Source: Naegleria gruberi
Taxonomy: Eukaryota
Strand: one strand, 5' to 3'
DNA: 64,000 nt
Assembly: GCA_000004985.1 (NCBI GenBank)
Contig: GG738847.1
Of this stretch, positions 30,801-41,156 are shown piece by piece (the first letter of the stretch is position 1; every line of letters starts with the position of its first letter). The notes beneath the pieces were generated by a model. It did not search any database. It saw only the letters and a list, made by a program, of their open reading frames with translations, and had not been told where the DNA came from. The translations under genes and the position numbers were made by a program.

Positions 30801-33800
30801 TCAACCACATAAGAAGGTTCTTGTTTAACAACCTTTTCAACAATTGTTTCTTGTTGTGGGATGAACTTTGGTTGTTGCTTTACAATCTTTTCTTCTTCAA
30901 CAATTTGACTGTGTTTCTCTTCAGAATGAATTCTTTCGTCATAGGAAGATCTCCTATTAATATTACCATTGTCATTAACTTCCTTTACAACTTCAGTTCT
31001 TGTTCCATTATTATCACTAACAGTTTTAGAAGACTCGAATGAGCTGTAACTTGAACTCCTTGTTCTGGAACCATTAAGCTTATCTTCAGTAAAGTGTTCT
31101 GGAAGAGACAGAATGTTTTTAGATGAGGTGTGCATAGTTTGGTGTATTTCTTGTTTTGGTTCATAGCTATTCTTTGATGTGACGATCTTTTCTTCATCAT
31201 AATCTTCTGTTGCAAAAAGTTGATCTTCAACGCTCTCCTCGACAGCTTCTTGTTCTTTTTCTACAACATATTTAGCAGAATCTTTTCTGATAAATCTTGG
31301 TTCTTCAATATGTTCTTCAACTTCATTTTCTTCGATGTATTGAGATTTTTGCTTAATCAATGGCTTACTTGGTTTTGGAGGGCTAACTACCTTTGGAACA
31401 TGTCTTGGTTCATCTATTAGCTTTTCTTCGACACGTTTTGGCACATGATGAATTGCAGTCTCTCTTGGCTTTGGGCTAACAACCTTTGGAAGATAAACTG
31501 GTTCATCAATCTTTTCTTCAACCTCATAGGAAACGTGTTCGACAGTATCTCTTGGTGAAGGAGAGAATTCATTTCTTTGTCTAACAATTTTCTCTTCTAC
31601 TATTGTTTCTTGTGGTGTTTCTTCTACAGCCTTTTCCTCTACGTGGAGCAATGCCTCTTGGTCATAATGTTGAGTCTCTCCATAGCTAGAAGTTACTCTA
31701 CTCCTGCCAGTGCTTCTTCTTGCAGAAGCATATGATCTTCTGGATGAACATTTGGATTCCTTCTCCTTTTCGGATAATTCAGTCAAGAATGGAGGAGCAA
31801 AGTAATCATCACTAGTGCTTTGTTTTGTAATGAAAGTGCTGTTAAACTCTTCTTGAGCAATTGGTGCAGTGTTCTTTGCATGATTACTAACTGCTTGTTC
31901 TTCTTCAATCATAAAGGATGGTTCGACATATTCTTGCTTTACAACACCAGCCTTCTTGTCATTTTCATAAACACTCTTTTCAATATTAACTTTTCCATTA
32001 TCGTTCACTCCCTTAATAATTTCTGTTCTTGTTCCATTATTGTCACTAACAGTATTTGAAGATTCATAAGTACTATAGTTTGTGTAGAATCCACCAGTCT
32101 TTAATCTGGCATCGCCAAGATGTTCTTGAGTTAAAATCTGACCATTATTATTAGATGATTCATAAGTACTATAACTTGTACTATATCCAGTCTTGATGGC
32201 TCTGACATCACCATGATGTTCCTGAGAAGAATATTCCCCGGTATGAAGATTTCTGGAAGCATTAGTAACACCTCTATCATTGTTCATAGCATTTGGATAA
32301 ACATCATAACCATTACCTGAAACAACCTCAGAGTGACCATTTTGAGAAAACACCTTTTCCACATTGACTTTACCATTGTCATTGACCCCTCTTATGGTTT
32401 CAGTTCTCGTTTGTCCATTTTCATCAGTGTAAGTTCTTGTTGTTTCATAGGTACTATAGTTATTAGAATAGCCAGCATTCGAATTGGTTCTATTTTGAGC
32501 AGCAGAAACAGCAACAAGTTCATGCTTTTCACGGCTTCCTTTAGAAGAGAATGGCGATTCAGTTCTTGAAGATTTGCTGCTTTGGTTTCTTGAACCATAC
32601 GTATTAATCTTGTTTGTGTAATATTGGGCATTACTGTTTGAAACAGTTCTTGAGTACTCATTGAAATCTTCATTATGATAGTCATCCAATGTTGTTGACT
32701 CTTGATTCATCTCATCAACTGTTTGGTGATATTCATACCCTCTGTTAGTTTCAGAGTGGGATTTCATAAATGGTACATGTTCATGTTGCTCACGAGCATA
32801 ATTAATAGCTTGCCTACTTCCGTGAGAAGAGGAATAATGACTACCTTTAAAGCTACTACCTCTACTGTATTCTCTTTTTTCTTCTTCACTGTTACTTCTA
32901 CTGGTGAGAGTACGATAGCTTCCTGTATCCTTAATATCAGCCATTGACCTCATATGTTCGTAATTGACAACAGAATGTCCTCCTTCTTTAGTCTCTGTTA
33001 TCATTTGTCTATTTTGCATTTCCTCGGTGCTGACAAAGGTACCACCCTCTTTCCTATAGGCATGAGCACTGGTTGTTTGTCTTGCCACTCCTTCCAACAT
33101 ATTTTGATTGCTTGCATATTGGCTATCAGACGAATTGGTTGTTGTATTGGTTGTGGTGGTTACAACTTTCTTACCTCCATTCTTCTCTAACATTTCAATA
33201 TCAGTGTCGACAGCTTTTGCCACCAACATGATTGTCCCGTCCTTCATTCTCTTACCAACGTACACTACCTTCTTTTTGACAACTACATCTTGTTGGTATT
33301 TCTTCTTGTAATAGCAGCAGCATACGGCCACACAAATGAATGTAATAGTAAAAACACAACAAACCAATAAGATACCACCTGCAACGCAAATAATGATAAT
33401 ATAGGAAACATAGGTGACGGTAGTTGTTTCCATCACGAAAACATTGGTCAAATGATTACATTTACATTTAACAAGTGAAGAATTCAAGGAGGTGTAAGTG
33501 CAATTTGTTGTGGAAAAAGTTGCCAAGCTTGCTGCAGAATCTTCAAAATTAGCACAGTAGAAAATTCTTGATTGAACTACATATGAAAATGATTGTTGAG
33601 TTAGGTCATGAACAATGTTGGTGGTATTCACTGGAATGATATATTCTATACCTTCCCCATTAAACGAGACAGGATTATCAGTAATGGCAAGAGAGACAAT
33701 TGGAGAAACGGCACTTGATAATTTGTAAGTAGATGGTAAGCTTGTCTTGAGAGGGGTGTTCAACTTCTTGTTGAGACCAATGATATCATCAGAAACAATT

Positions 33801-36800
33801 AAAGCATGGGCGAAAGGCTTTGTAATAATTGTTGTCTGAGGTGAGAAGAGAGAAGTAGAGATGGATGTAGATGATTCAACTTGTAAAAGAGTTGCTTGAT
33901 AATTGTATAGAGTACTCTTTCCAACAGTTGAATGGTAGAACGACCCTCTGACATATTCTGGATAATTTACATTGATTTCTCTTGCTCTCAAAAGAGAGAA
34001 TTTCTTCATAATTCTAAAGACCTTGATACCGTTAGAATAACCTCCTCCATTTCTATCATAAATATAATGATATACATTATTTAAACATTTGATCAAGAGA
34101 TTATAAAGTTCAATAGGTATTCCAAGATCTGAAACTAATAAGGCATCATCCATAAATTTGTCCAAAGTTGTTAAGGCTTGAGAAATTGTTATGTTACTGA
34201 GATATGGATAGTTTGTTATGAGAGAATCTATGGCAATAGATACCATGATGACATAATCTTGATCAACTACAACATTAGTTCCATTGAAAACTTGGAGCAT
34301 GCTTCTCAATAGCGTTGACTTATCCATTTGAATATTATCATATTCGGTCACATGAACATCACAATTGTTTCCTACATATCCATCGGCGCATTTACAAGCT
34401 CCAGATGTTGTTTGTATACCATTTGTACACTCCTTTGCAGTGGAGAGTAAATCGAGCCCATTAAGAGCAGAGTTGAGCAAAACAGAATCAATTTTTGAAG
34501 TTGCAGATGATTGATAGAAACTCTTTCCAAAAGCACCAGAAGTGAGATATGAATCACTTAAAGAATTAAAACCTTGTGACTTTTCTAATACAAGGGTGAC
34601 ATTTGAAGCTACTGCAGGTAAAGTTACAGTAATGTCCTTGTAAATTGTCGTTGTTGATTCAGTGGTAACATCAATAATATCAAAGAAAACGGTTACCTTA
34701 TTGGAAAGTGTTGGACCTGGCAATTTAGTAGAAAAGAAATTACCCTTATTGTAGAGAGAAACTTTTAAATTGGCTCTATCATCTATATAACCAAACCTAA
34801 AATCTATATTATTGATCGAGCTCTTACAATTCAAACAATAAAACTGAAATTGTGATTCCATAGCACTACCACTGGTTGGTGAAATGTCACAATTACACAC
34901 TTTTGGAGAGATGCCCACTTGGAAGTTGTAAGTTAGTTGGGTGGATTGACTGATTGTTCCGTCGTTAACCACTACTCGCAAAACATTAGAAGAACCTTCT
35001 GTTAACTTAGAAGAATCAACCTTTACAGTTTGAGATGACCCTGATTGAATTATTCCTGAGTATAAAGTAACGCCGTTCAAACTCCATGTTGAATTTGTCT
35101 TGTCAGAGAAAGATGTCACAAATATTTGTGAGACGAAATTCTTTCCTGGAGCTATTACTGACGATTTTGGTTCAATTGTAACAAAGTTTACAACTGGAGG
35201 AATTGTTTGAAAATAAATGGTTATGCCCTTGGTTATGCTTCTCATATCTGACTTTACAATTTGGAGAGAAATATCAACGGATCTTGGAATGATATCGAAT
35301 AAAGAAGTGGAAACTGTAAAGTAAGTCTTTTTGGTGTTGGAAATGGCACTTAGTAAGGTGAGAAGACGAGGAGAGGTATTATCTAAACAGGTCCAGGTCC
35401 ACGTCTCTGATGAGAGTGTGTTGAATATTGATTCTGGATCAGAATAGTCAACTTGAACTGTTGTGTAATCTGATTTAGCTTCATATTTCATCAAGTTCAA
35501 AATTAAATTAGGAGATTGAGTGTTGAGTGTAATGATACTTGATGTCTTTGTGCTTTGATCCAAAGCATAATATGCGGAAACTTTAAATGTATATGTATTA
35601 CTACCAAATGTTGTCAATTTTGGAATAAAAAGATCATTATATGAATCTACATTATATGCAACACTTGGTCCACTCAATTGAGACCATTCGACCACTATTG
35701 TATCACCATTAGCCCTACAGGATGAGTGCTCAACAAATTTGTTAATCAGTAATGGAAATTGATTTGAGTATTTAGTCAGAGTGTATTGATCCTTTGCAAT
35801 TGTTAAAATTGGCAATACTTTTGTTGATTTCACAAAAGTACTAGAGTAAACTATGATACTATCCTTACTGAGGTATTCACTTCTTACTTGAAGTCTCATC
35901 TTGTAACTTCCGGCAGCGAGAGAGGAATCCAAAGTAATAAAGGCGCTATTAGCAAATGATGTGGATACCACACTCAAAGATGATGAATCCACCACTGCCC
36001 AGTTGTAGGTTAATGCCTTTCCATCTACCGAATAACTTTGAGAACCGTCAACAAGAATGGTATCACAAGAACTGAAGGTATCTACTGCTGGAAGTCTTAT
36101 TGTTGCTATTGGTGTTGCAATAACTGCTGGTGGATTAATAACAAAACTCAAATATGTTATAGTATTAGAAGATGTGGAATTATCAAAAGCACCGGCATTA
36201 ATTCTCAAATTACTAACCCCAGATTGAAGAGAAAAATCAATTGATCCAAACTTGATGAGAAAACGATACGTAGACTTGTCCAAGTAAAAACATCTCACAC
36301 TCGCACTGGTTCCATAAAGATCTCCAGATAAATCAGATGGATGTAAAACTTTGGAGCATGAGAGTTCAGAACCAGTAAAAGATGAAGGGGAATGAAAGAC
36401 GAATGAAATTCCTCTAAAGTCATCAGTTATTGTAGCAGGACCCGCAGCAGATGTGGCACATTTCTCTCCGTAGTATCCATTTTTACATGTATTACATGAA
36501 GCTCCCGTCCAATAACCTTCATCAGCATTGGAGTAACAAACACATGAATCAGAGACATCACATTCTCCATGACTTGAACAAGTTGTTTCTTTTGAGCATG
36601 CAGTGATTTCTTTTGAGTTGTATCTCCTTGTTGTTCGTCGTGGAGTGAATGAAACACCTTTCAAGAGTATATTTCCACCTTGTCCAACAATATACACCTT
36701 ACCGTCAATCTGTGTACTGGTGATGGAGGAAAGTTCATCAGTGAAGAGTTTACCCTTGAATACGCCACCTCTTATTTCACTTGATTTTGCGACGAAAACC

Positions 36801-37480
36801 AGATTATCAATTGAAGCATGTCTTGAGAGTTGGACATCCAAATGGTCAATAATGAGTCTTCCTTCTTCACTATTTGGAAACTTAAGAACCACCTCCTCAC
36901 TCCCCTTTACCACCAGGGTTGGTGGATTCACTTCGTTTGTTTGTGCAGCAAACCATCCATTCTCAAAGCAATAAATATTGCCTCCCTCAACTTGTAAAAG
37001 TGGCAAGTTGGAATCTGATGATGAAAATGTAAAATCGCATGGAGTGTCCATATATTGAGAGTAGGTTTTCCTTGCTGATGAATAAAGTTGTGTGGAGAGC
37101 TGGTCTCCATAGTGGAAAGAACCTCCGTTTTCAGTTAAGAATTGATGAGGAGATAATAAGCCTATCGACGAAACACTTGCTCCACTCACTTTTAGCGAAC
37201 AAGTTGAATCAACATGAACAAAATTTTGACCATTAACAAAGACATATTCTGCTAATGGGTCTTCTACTTTTGATGAACAAAACTTGCCACCAAATCCTGA
37301 ATAACAAAGACAAGTATCTTGATATGTACAAAAACCATGTCCTGAACAGACCCTACTTTTTTCACTCGAGTCTATTCCATTACATGTATATGAAAAAACT
37401 AGTCCTAGATTTAATAATAATAATAATAAAACGGTCGCTAACTTTGCCATTAAGGCTGGCCAGCGCAAATTCCTTGTCAT
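27875..37480 (-). CDS. Giant single-pass membrane receptor (about 3200 aa): signal peptide, EGF-like modules, REJ/PKD-like region, GPS motif, one TM, and about 1400-aa repetitive cytoplasmic tail. Single exon.
   Basis: The ORF track start at 37561 is TTG. Real ATGs lie at 37480 (MTRNLRWPALMAKLATVLLLLLLNLGLVFS) and 37450. EGF-like: CSGHGFCTYQDTCLCYSGFGGKFC, CNTCKNGYYGEKC, CKCADGYVGNNCD. GPS: VKCKCNHLTNVFVM, directly before the TM IIIICVAGGILLVCCVFTITFICVAV. Confidence 0.8.
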   Translation of the reverse strand: MTRNLRWPALMAKLATVLLLLLLNLGLVFSYTCNGIDSSEKSRVCSGHGFCTYQDTCLCYSGFGGKFCSSKVEDPLAEYVFVNGQNFVHVDSTCSLKVSGASVSSIGLLSPHQFLTENGGSFHYGDQLSTQLYSSARKTYSQYMDTPCDFTFSSSDSNLPLLQVEGGNIYCFENGWFAAQTNEVNPPTLVVKGSEEVVLKFPNSEEGRLIIDHLDVQLSRHASIDNLVFVAKSSEIRGGVFKGKLFTDELSSITSTQIDGKVYIVGQGGNILLKGVSFTPRRTTRRYNSKEITACSKETTCSSHGECDVSDSCVCYSNADEGYWTGASCNTCKNGYYGEKCATSAAGPATITDDFRGISFVFHSPSSFTGSELSCSKVLHPSDLSGDLYGTSASVRCFYLDKSTYRFLIKFGSIDFSLQSGVSNLRINAGAFDNSTSSNTITYLSFVINPPAVIATPIATIRLPAVDTFSSCDTILVDGSQSYSVDGKALTYNWAVVDSSSLSVVSTSFANSAFITLDSSLAAGSYKMRLQVRSEYLSKDSIIVYSSTFVKSTKVLPILTIAKDQYTLTKYSNQFPLLINKFVEHSSCRANGDTIVVEWSQLSGPSVAYNVDSYNDLFIPKLTTFGSNTYTFKVSAYYALDQSTKTSSIITLNTQSPNLILNLMKYEAKSDYTTVQVDYSDPESIFNTLSSETWTWTCLDNTSPRLLTLLSAISNTKKTYFTVSTSLFDIIPRSVDISLQIVKSDMRSITKGITIYFQTIPPVVNFVTIEPKSSVIAPGKNFVSQIFVTSFSDKTNSTWSLNGVTLYSGIIQSGSSQTVKVDSSKLTEGSSNVLRVVVNDGTISQSTQLTYNFQVGISPKVCNCDISPTSGSAMESQFQFYCLNCKSSINNIDFRFGYIDDRANLKVSLYNKGNFFSTKLPGPTLSNKVTVFFDIIDVTTESTTTIYKDITVTLPAVASNVTLVLEKSQGFNSLSDSYLTSGAFGKSFYQSSATSKIDSVLLNSALNGLDLLSTAKECTNGIQTTSGACKCADGYVGNNCDVHVTEYDNIQMDKSTLLRSMLQVFNGTNVVVDQDYVIMVSIAIDSLITNYPYLSNITISQALTTLDKFMDDALLVSDLGIPIELYNLLIKCLNNVYHYIYDRNGGGYSNGIKVFRIMKKFSLLRAREINVNYPEYVRGSFYHSTVGKSTLYNYQATLLQVESSTSISTSLFSPQTTIITKPFAHALIVSDDIIGLNKKLNTPLKTSLPSTYKLSSAVSPIVSLAITDNPVSFNGEGIEYIIPVNTTNIVHDLTQQSFSYVVQSRIFYCANFEDSAASLATFSTTNCTYTSLNSSLVKCKCNHLTNVFVMETTTVTYVSYIIIICVAGGILLVCCVFTITFICVAVCCCYYKKKYQQDVVVKKKVVYVGKRMKDGTIMLVAKAVDTDIEMLEKNGGKKVVTTTTNTTTNSSDSQYASNQNMLEGVARQTTSAHAYRKEGGTFVSTEEMQNRQMITETKEGGHSVVNYEHMRSMADIKDTGSYRTLTSRSNSEEEKREYSRGSSFKGSHYSSSHGSRQAINYAREQHEHVPFMKSHSETNRGYEYHQTVDEMNQESTTLDDYHNEDFNEYSRTVSNSNAQYYTNKINTYGSRNQSSKSSRTESPFSSKGSREKHELVAVSAAQNRTNSNAGYSNNYSTYETTRTYTDENGQTRTETIRGVNDNGKVNVEKVFSQNGHSEVVSGNGYDVYPNAMNNDRGVTNASRNLHTGEYSSQEHHGDVRAIKTGYSTSYSTYESSNNNGQILTQEHLGDARLKTGGFYTNYSTYESSNTVSDNNGTRTEIIKGVNDNGKVNIEKSVYENDKKAGVVKQEYVEPSFMIEEEQAVSNHAKNTAPIAQEEFNSTFITKQSTSDDYFAPPFLTELSEKEKESKCSSRRSYASARRSTGRSRVTSSYGETQHYDQEALLHVEEKAVEETPQETIVEEKIVRQRNEFSPSPRDTVEHVSYEVEEKIDEPVYLPKVVSPKPRETAIHHVPKRVEEKLIDEPRHVPKVVSPPKPSKPLIKQKSQYIEENEVEEHIEEPRFIRKDSAKYVVEKEQEAVEESVEDQLFATEDYDEEKIVTSKNSYEPKQEIHQTMHTSSKNILSLPEHFTEDKLNGSRTRSSSYSSFESSKTVSDNNGTRTEVVKEVNDNGNINRRSSYDERIHSEEKHSQIVEEEKIVKQQPKFIPQQETIVEKVVKQEPSYVVEEKVVKQKPQFIPPKPKKPIKVQSKNNQQEENYVVEKKAKKNDSESSNYSTYETKRTVTDENGTRTEIVKGVNNNGKVNVEKSTLVNGKRTNVERSEDYDESYNNQEAVVNNRSKNNQFSEHNIIKKETRRTITDERGTRTEITIEINDNGKITTETKTHYHNKNEQAKNNNNGKINFYERKSKNNLLQQQKDVNQERMQANERIVKAVNNRARNGSPPGKIVKRQEAKPVKMANPSRSISAPETKKTKSEPQLIKKPSPKTEESKHVLQKVASNSKNEVKSRIEAKSKTEAKKKTEAKKVKRTPPENANQNRKSVESTETKSETKTVVNKSSNDRNIDITKGANTTAVKLETKTVETEQVVNNKSGQNNNYSSYETVKTTVTDNNGSRSEIVKTVNDNGRVNIEKSVIHNQSSMTDMNDQHEGYYEKVVHNNSSNYVNTDQAARVTEVVNRSSVPPPQTNSQPVIHQPIVPVIPKPIMTQQVVSQPIPQPIPERVVNDSYINEEYVENRDAYRMQEKYMHEQSQLSSYNNQTDSSYVVDNNKKNDIVYYNERSIVQDRNNIVTGQANLNLRVESVNAMNENRMKNSSTEIDHSNYGKSTTGTYETTYKTYYKNDGTQEQPLPISSGPVWRVDGDFVGISNNNKATVVESRVVENRQRNEFAQSNNNSYETPPRVVPVNDYISPPRFDPPVYEQPQKPEIVRPVSIVVENQKPKVASTYVARNEVAENRLKNVSSEIDYSGYGKASTVGIYETTYKTYFNDGSQEPVVRPDLPNTLNIGMNNKISSTQMQSSSYQSNSQANNNLRVNNSYVETRNNAYSESRNNGYSEARNNASYIDSRTNYVSNPYPGDNQATFKNYPPTVEPANNRAYPRGEIKPKPERFPVGQLPREPYVNNGQISDDPMLHHANIVKHKDGGYYIKVQIKEDPKEGKKSVFVVPTEQESKRRVNPIPLQMVDIYSINENQARQVNLNQEQQ
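28530..32480 (-). repeat. Intragenic tandem protein repeats in the cytoplasmic tail of the giant receptor (at least 8 degenerate units of about 35-40 aa)
   Basis: Repeated units: NYSTYETKRTVTDENGTRTEIVKGVNNNGKVNVEKS; YSTYESSNTVSDNNGTRTEIIKGVNDNGKVNIEKS; YSSYETVKTTVTDNNGSRSEIVKTVNDNGRVNIEKS; and terminal YETTYKTY(Y/F)xNDG(T/S)QE units. Confidence 0.6.
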
Positions 37481-38858
37481 TTTTTTGTTTGCTGACCGTA
37501 ACAAACTAAGCTTTAAACTTTCACAAGACTTTGTGAACAAATTAAGGTGGAGCGTTTCCAAACGAGGCCTCTTCAGTTACTTCTGCACTCGATAACTTAG
37601 TTTCCTTCTCCGATCCCAATACTTCCTTAAGGGAATTGATGCCTTGTTAGATTTTCGGTTACTGATATTCTCGCTGTGTTTTTTTGCCGCAACAATCAAT
37701 TCATCACTTCCCTTAATTTTTTCCTCTTTGTAGTTTAACCAACGCCAATAATAATGTAAATAGGTTGTGTAATCATTGACTGAATAGGAAACTTGAGACA
37801 TTGGCTAAAAAACTTAATGAAATATATTTCATACCTCACCTAGAAATCAAGGCCTAAAAGCTAAGTTGACTTCTAATTAGAAGGCAGGAGTGATTTTTTT
37901 TTTTCTCTGGGGTTTTCTATTGAAAATCAAATTAGAAGTGGAAATAAATGGTAATCTTGCTCAAACTCAACATAACAAACTGGGAAATTCTTTAACTGGC
38001 ATTGATGAAAAAAGTTCTGATGAACTATTAAGTTTCCACCTTTCTTCAAGTCATTTCGGTATAGAATTCATTCTCTTTACTAAACTATTTTGAACAAACA
38101 CTTTATGGAAGTGCCGCTCAATAAAAAGTACCTCAATCATTACTAACAACAAACAAAATAACTTTTCCATCTTTGTTGATAACAATTACTAATAATATGA
38201 TCAATAAAACTGTTCCATCCTTAATACTTCAAAGGGTCAATATAAATTACCAAAGAAACCATTTTGTATTGATGCGGATCTTTTAACACTATTAACAGAT
38301 TTTATCTACCCTTTCCTATGCGCGTCATGGTTCAACATTGAGAAAAACTCATCACCAATAACGACAAATAAGAATTGACGATGCTTTTAAATACAAAAGT
38401 GGCTCCTCTAGCTGATTGTGTCTGCTTTCACCCAACAAGTCCAAGTTACTTGGCGTTTTTGTTTGCATCTCCCTGATGTACTTGTTGTTAACTTGCGTAG
38501 AATAATTAGAGAAAAAAAACAACGCAACTTTGCAGGTATTGAAGGTATAAATCACAACAACAAGCCTTTGAAAAATTAATTGATACTCTGCGGTTTGGAT
38601 TCAACCTCAAATACCAATCATACAACAATAGTACGAGAGTGTGTGAACGCATTGTTTAAACTTGTTTCAAGTATCTTCATAGTCACCGTTTAATTCTCTC
38701 TTCGAATATATTAGCATTTTGTGATCAAACAAGCCTTCCGAAATTTACCCTCTTTGATCATCACAACCACCACATTTTGTATACTACTGCTACCAATCGC
38801 TAATACTTCCATCAAATCTCCACACAATTGTAACATATAACTCTCCTAGGAATACACC

Positions 38859-41156
38859 ATGTTTTTCGAACCATCCCCACCAAACTTTTGCCTTCATAGA
38901 CATCCCTCCTCCTCTTCTTCATCTCCCAACCAAAATACACGTACAGCTTCTGCAGATCCAACATTGGAAGCTACTCGTTTGAGAAATCTCCTTGATAGTC
39001 AACAACACCTTTGTGTGGCATCATCACCTCTTTCAACTCTTAGATCCACAAGCCTCCAATCCAATTCATCACCAACAAATTTGTCAACCAGCCTACCGTC
39101 ACCCAACACAACTATCCAACAACCTCAAATAGATTCCGCCTTTTTCAATCACCTAAAAGACAACCTGAAAGTCATTAGGGACATTTTGATGGGAGATGAA
39201 GAGTTTTGTATGAAGACATTGTCGACCAATATTACCCTAGACGCCTCGTCATGCAATTTGTTCAAAGATTCACTCGATGGTGTGTTGAAATATTTGAACA
39301 ATTCCTTTTTTCAAAACCGCTCTAATTCCACAGCAATTGAACATTTAAATAGCCTAGTGGATGTTAAATCAACCTTGAAAGATAACCCTTGTAGTACAAC
39401 ATCCCAAGATCACATCTTCCAAAACAACTTTTTCCTTTTTTATAAGTTTTGCGTGAGAGCACTCTTTATCCAAAGTATCATTGAAAATCCAGAATTGTAT
39501 TCCAAATCTGGAGATGAATTGAGAAATAGACTCTCTATTGATGATTTGGCTGTTGCCATTGACTTTTTTGAAAATAGAGATTTCTACCATTCTAACTCTC
39601 CAAATGCCAACTCTAATTTTAACTTGTTTGGTTTGTGCCATCAAATTCCAACTCCTAATAATCCTCCTCAATTGATTAATTCTGATGAACCAACTCAAAA
39701 GAGAAAACTTTCTCAATTCTTATCTGATAATGAAGAATACTCACCATTATTGGAGTCTGTAGATTGTGAAGAATCCAAGATAAAGAGAAGAAAATACAAC
39801 ATTGCTGTACTTTCGAGCTTTAACATTGACAAGACTACAACAGAGATTAGAGACCTTTTCCATCCATGCTTGAGATCATTCTATGACCAAGTTAATGAAG
39901 GATTAAAAGCCTATCGGGAAGAAATGCTCTCTGAAAAGAATCAATCCAAGACTTCTATGGATGATGCCATTTTGGGTACAGAACTTGTTTGTAAATATAG
40001 AGCAAAGGAGTCATACTTCCATTTCCTTGAATCTGTCAAGAAGAATCCATACAATTATCATGCCTACTTCCAACTTTTAGAAGTATTTAGGTTAATGGAT
40101 AAGAATATTGAAACTATGAAATGGTTAAGAATTGGTATTGTGAGATGCGACGAAGAACTTAACTATTTAAATACCCTCTACGAAATTGCCAATAGTCCAT
40201 TGATGAACATGAAAAGTTCTCCAAGTGGAATTGAACTACTTTCCACTTTTACAACCCTCATCAAAAAGACAAAGGCTGTCAGAGAAGTATTCTTCGGTTG
40301 CCTCCACCACTTTACTCACAATCCAAGTCCTAACGAACACTTTTTCAGTGCCATAGAGAAAGATAGCCAATGCTTTTATGGACACTATTTTATTGGTATG
40401 CTAACTGGTTTTAACAAACTTTCGTCAAGGAATCAAATGGCTCCAATTCATTTCCTCGACAATTCTTTGAATGCCATCAAGGAATCACATGCTTTTGGGT
40501 TCAGAGGTATTATACCTGCTGCTGCATATTTTGATTCTTGTGATGTTGAAATGACATATGGTAATTCCATGCTTCAACCTTTTGTATATTACATGATTGG
40601 TCTTCTTAAATGGAGAGTCAATGACGTTAAGGCGACCATGCAAAACTTTAATAAGGCTCTAGAATGTAATGAGAATTTAATTCTAATTTACTTGAATAGA
40701 GTAACACTCTTCCAACAAACCAAGTACTTTGACAAGGCCCTAAAAGATAATAATGTTCTAATGAATATTATCTGGAAACATTCACCTCTAAGCGAAATTA
40801 GATCTGAACTTTCAATGGCCTACCTAAATCAAGCTCTTCTCCTTCTAGATATGAAAGAGAAAAATATTAACCTGGTCGTAGAGTCATTAGAAAAGTCTTT
40901 TGAGACTTATCCAATGAATATTTGCGCTCTTGACTGGTTGTGTGGTATTCAAACAAACAGACAATCACTATCTCTAGAGAAGTACGAAAAGTATGCTGAA
41001 CAAGTCTATGAGTACATGGAAAGATTAGAAAGAGACGAAATGATTCGATTCTGCAAACTCCAAGCTCACATGTACAGATTGTTCAGCAGTGACAAACTGG
41101 CCAAGTGGCAAAAAATGTTAAATAATTTCGGAAATATTAACTCACGAACACATTAG
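38859..41156 (+). CDS. Hypothetical protein, 765 aa, Ser-rich N-terminus and helical TPR-like C-terminal half
   Basis: ATG start and a long uninterrupted ORF with typical codon usage. No specific family was recognised. Confidence 0.5.
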   Translation: MFFEPSPPNFCLHRHPSSSSSSPNQNTRTASADPTLEATRLRNLLDSQQHLCVASSPLSTLRSTSLQSNSSPTNLSTSLPSPNTTIQQPQIDSAFFNHLKDNLKVIRDILMGDEEFCMKTLSTNITLDASSCNLFKDSLDGVLKYLNNSFFQNRSNSTAIEHLNSLVDVKSTLKDNPCSTTSQDHIFQNNFFLFYKFCVRALFIQSIIENPELYSKSGDELRNRLSIDDLAVAIDFFENRDFYHSNSPNANSNFNLFGLCHQIPTPNNPPQLINSDEPTQKRKLSQFLSDNEEYSPLLESVDCEESKIKRRKYNIAVLSSFNIDKTTTEIRDLFHPCLRSFYDQVNEGLKAYREEMLSEKNQSKTSMDDAILGTELVCKYRAKESYFHFLESVKKNPYNYHAYFQLLEVFRLMDKNIETMKWLRIGIVRCDEELNYLNTLYEIANSPLMNMKSSPSGIELLSTFTTLIKKTKAVREVFFGCLHHFTHNPSPNEHFFSAIEKDSQCFYGHYFIGMLTGFNKLSSRNQMAPIHFLDNSLNAIKESHAFGFRGIIPAAAYFDSCDVEMTYGNSMLQPFVYYMIGLLKWRVNDVKATMQNFNKALECNENLILIYLNRVTLFQQTKYFDKALKDNNVLMNIIWKHSPLSEIRSELSMAYLNQALLLLDMKEKNINLVVESLEKSFETYPMNICALDWLCGIQTNRQSLSLEKYEKYAEQVYEYMERLERDEMIRFCKLQAHMYRLFSSDKLAKWQKMLNNFGNINSRTH

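Noticed and set aside
27980-37110. Numerous 60-140-aa ORFs on both strands inside the giant receptor gene
   Set aside because: They are embedded in a 9.6-kb continuous ORF with consistent codon usage and recognisable domains. The internal ORFs are low-complexity frame artefacts.
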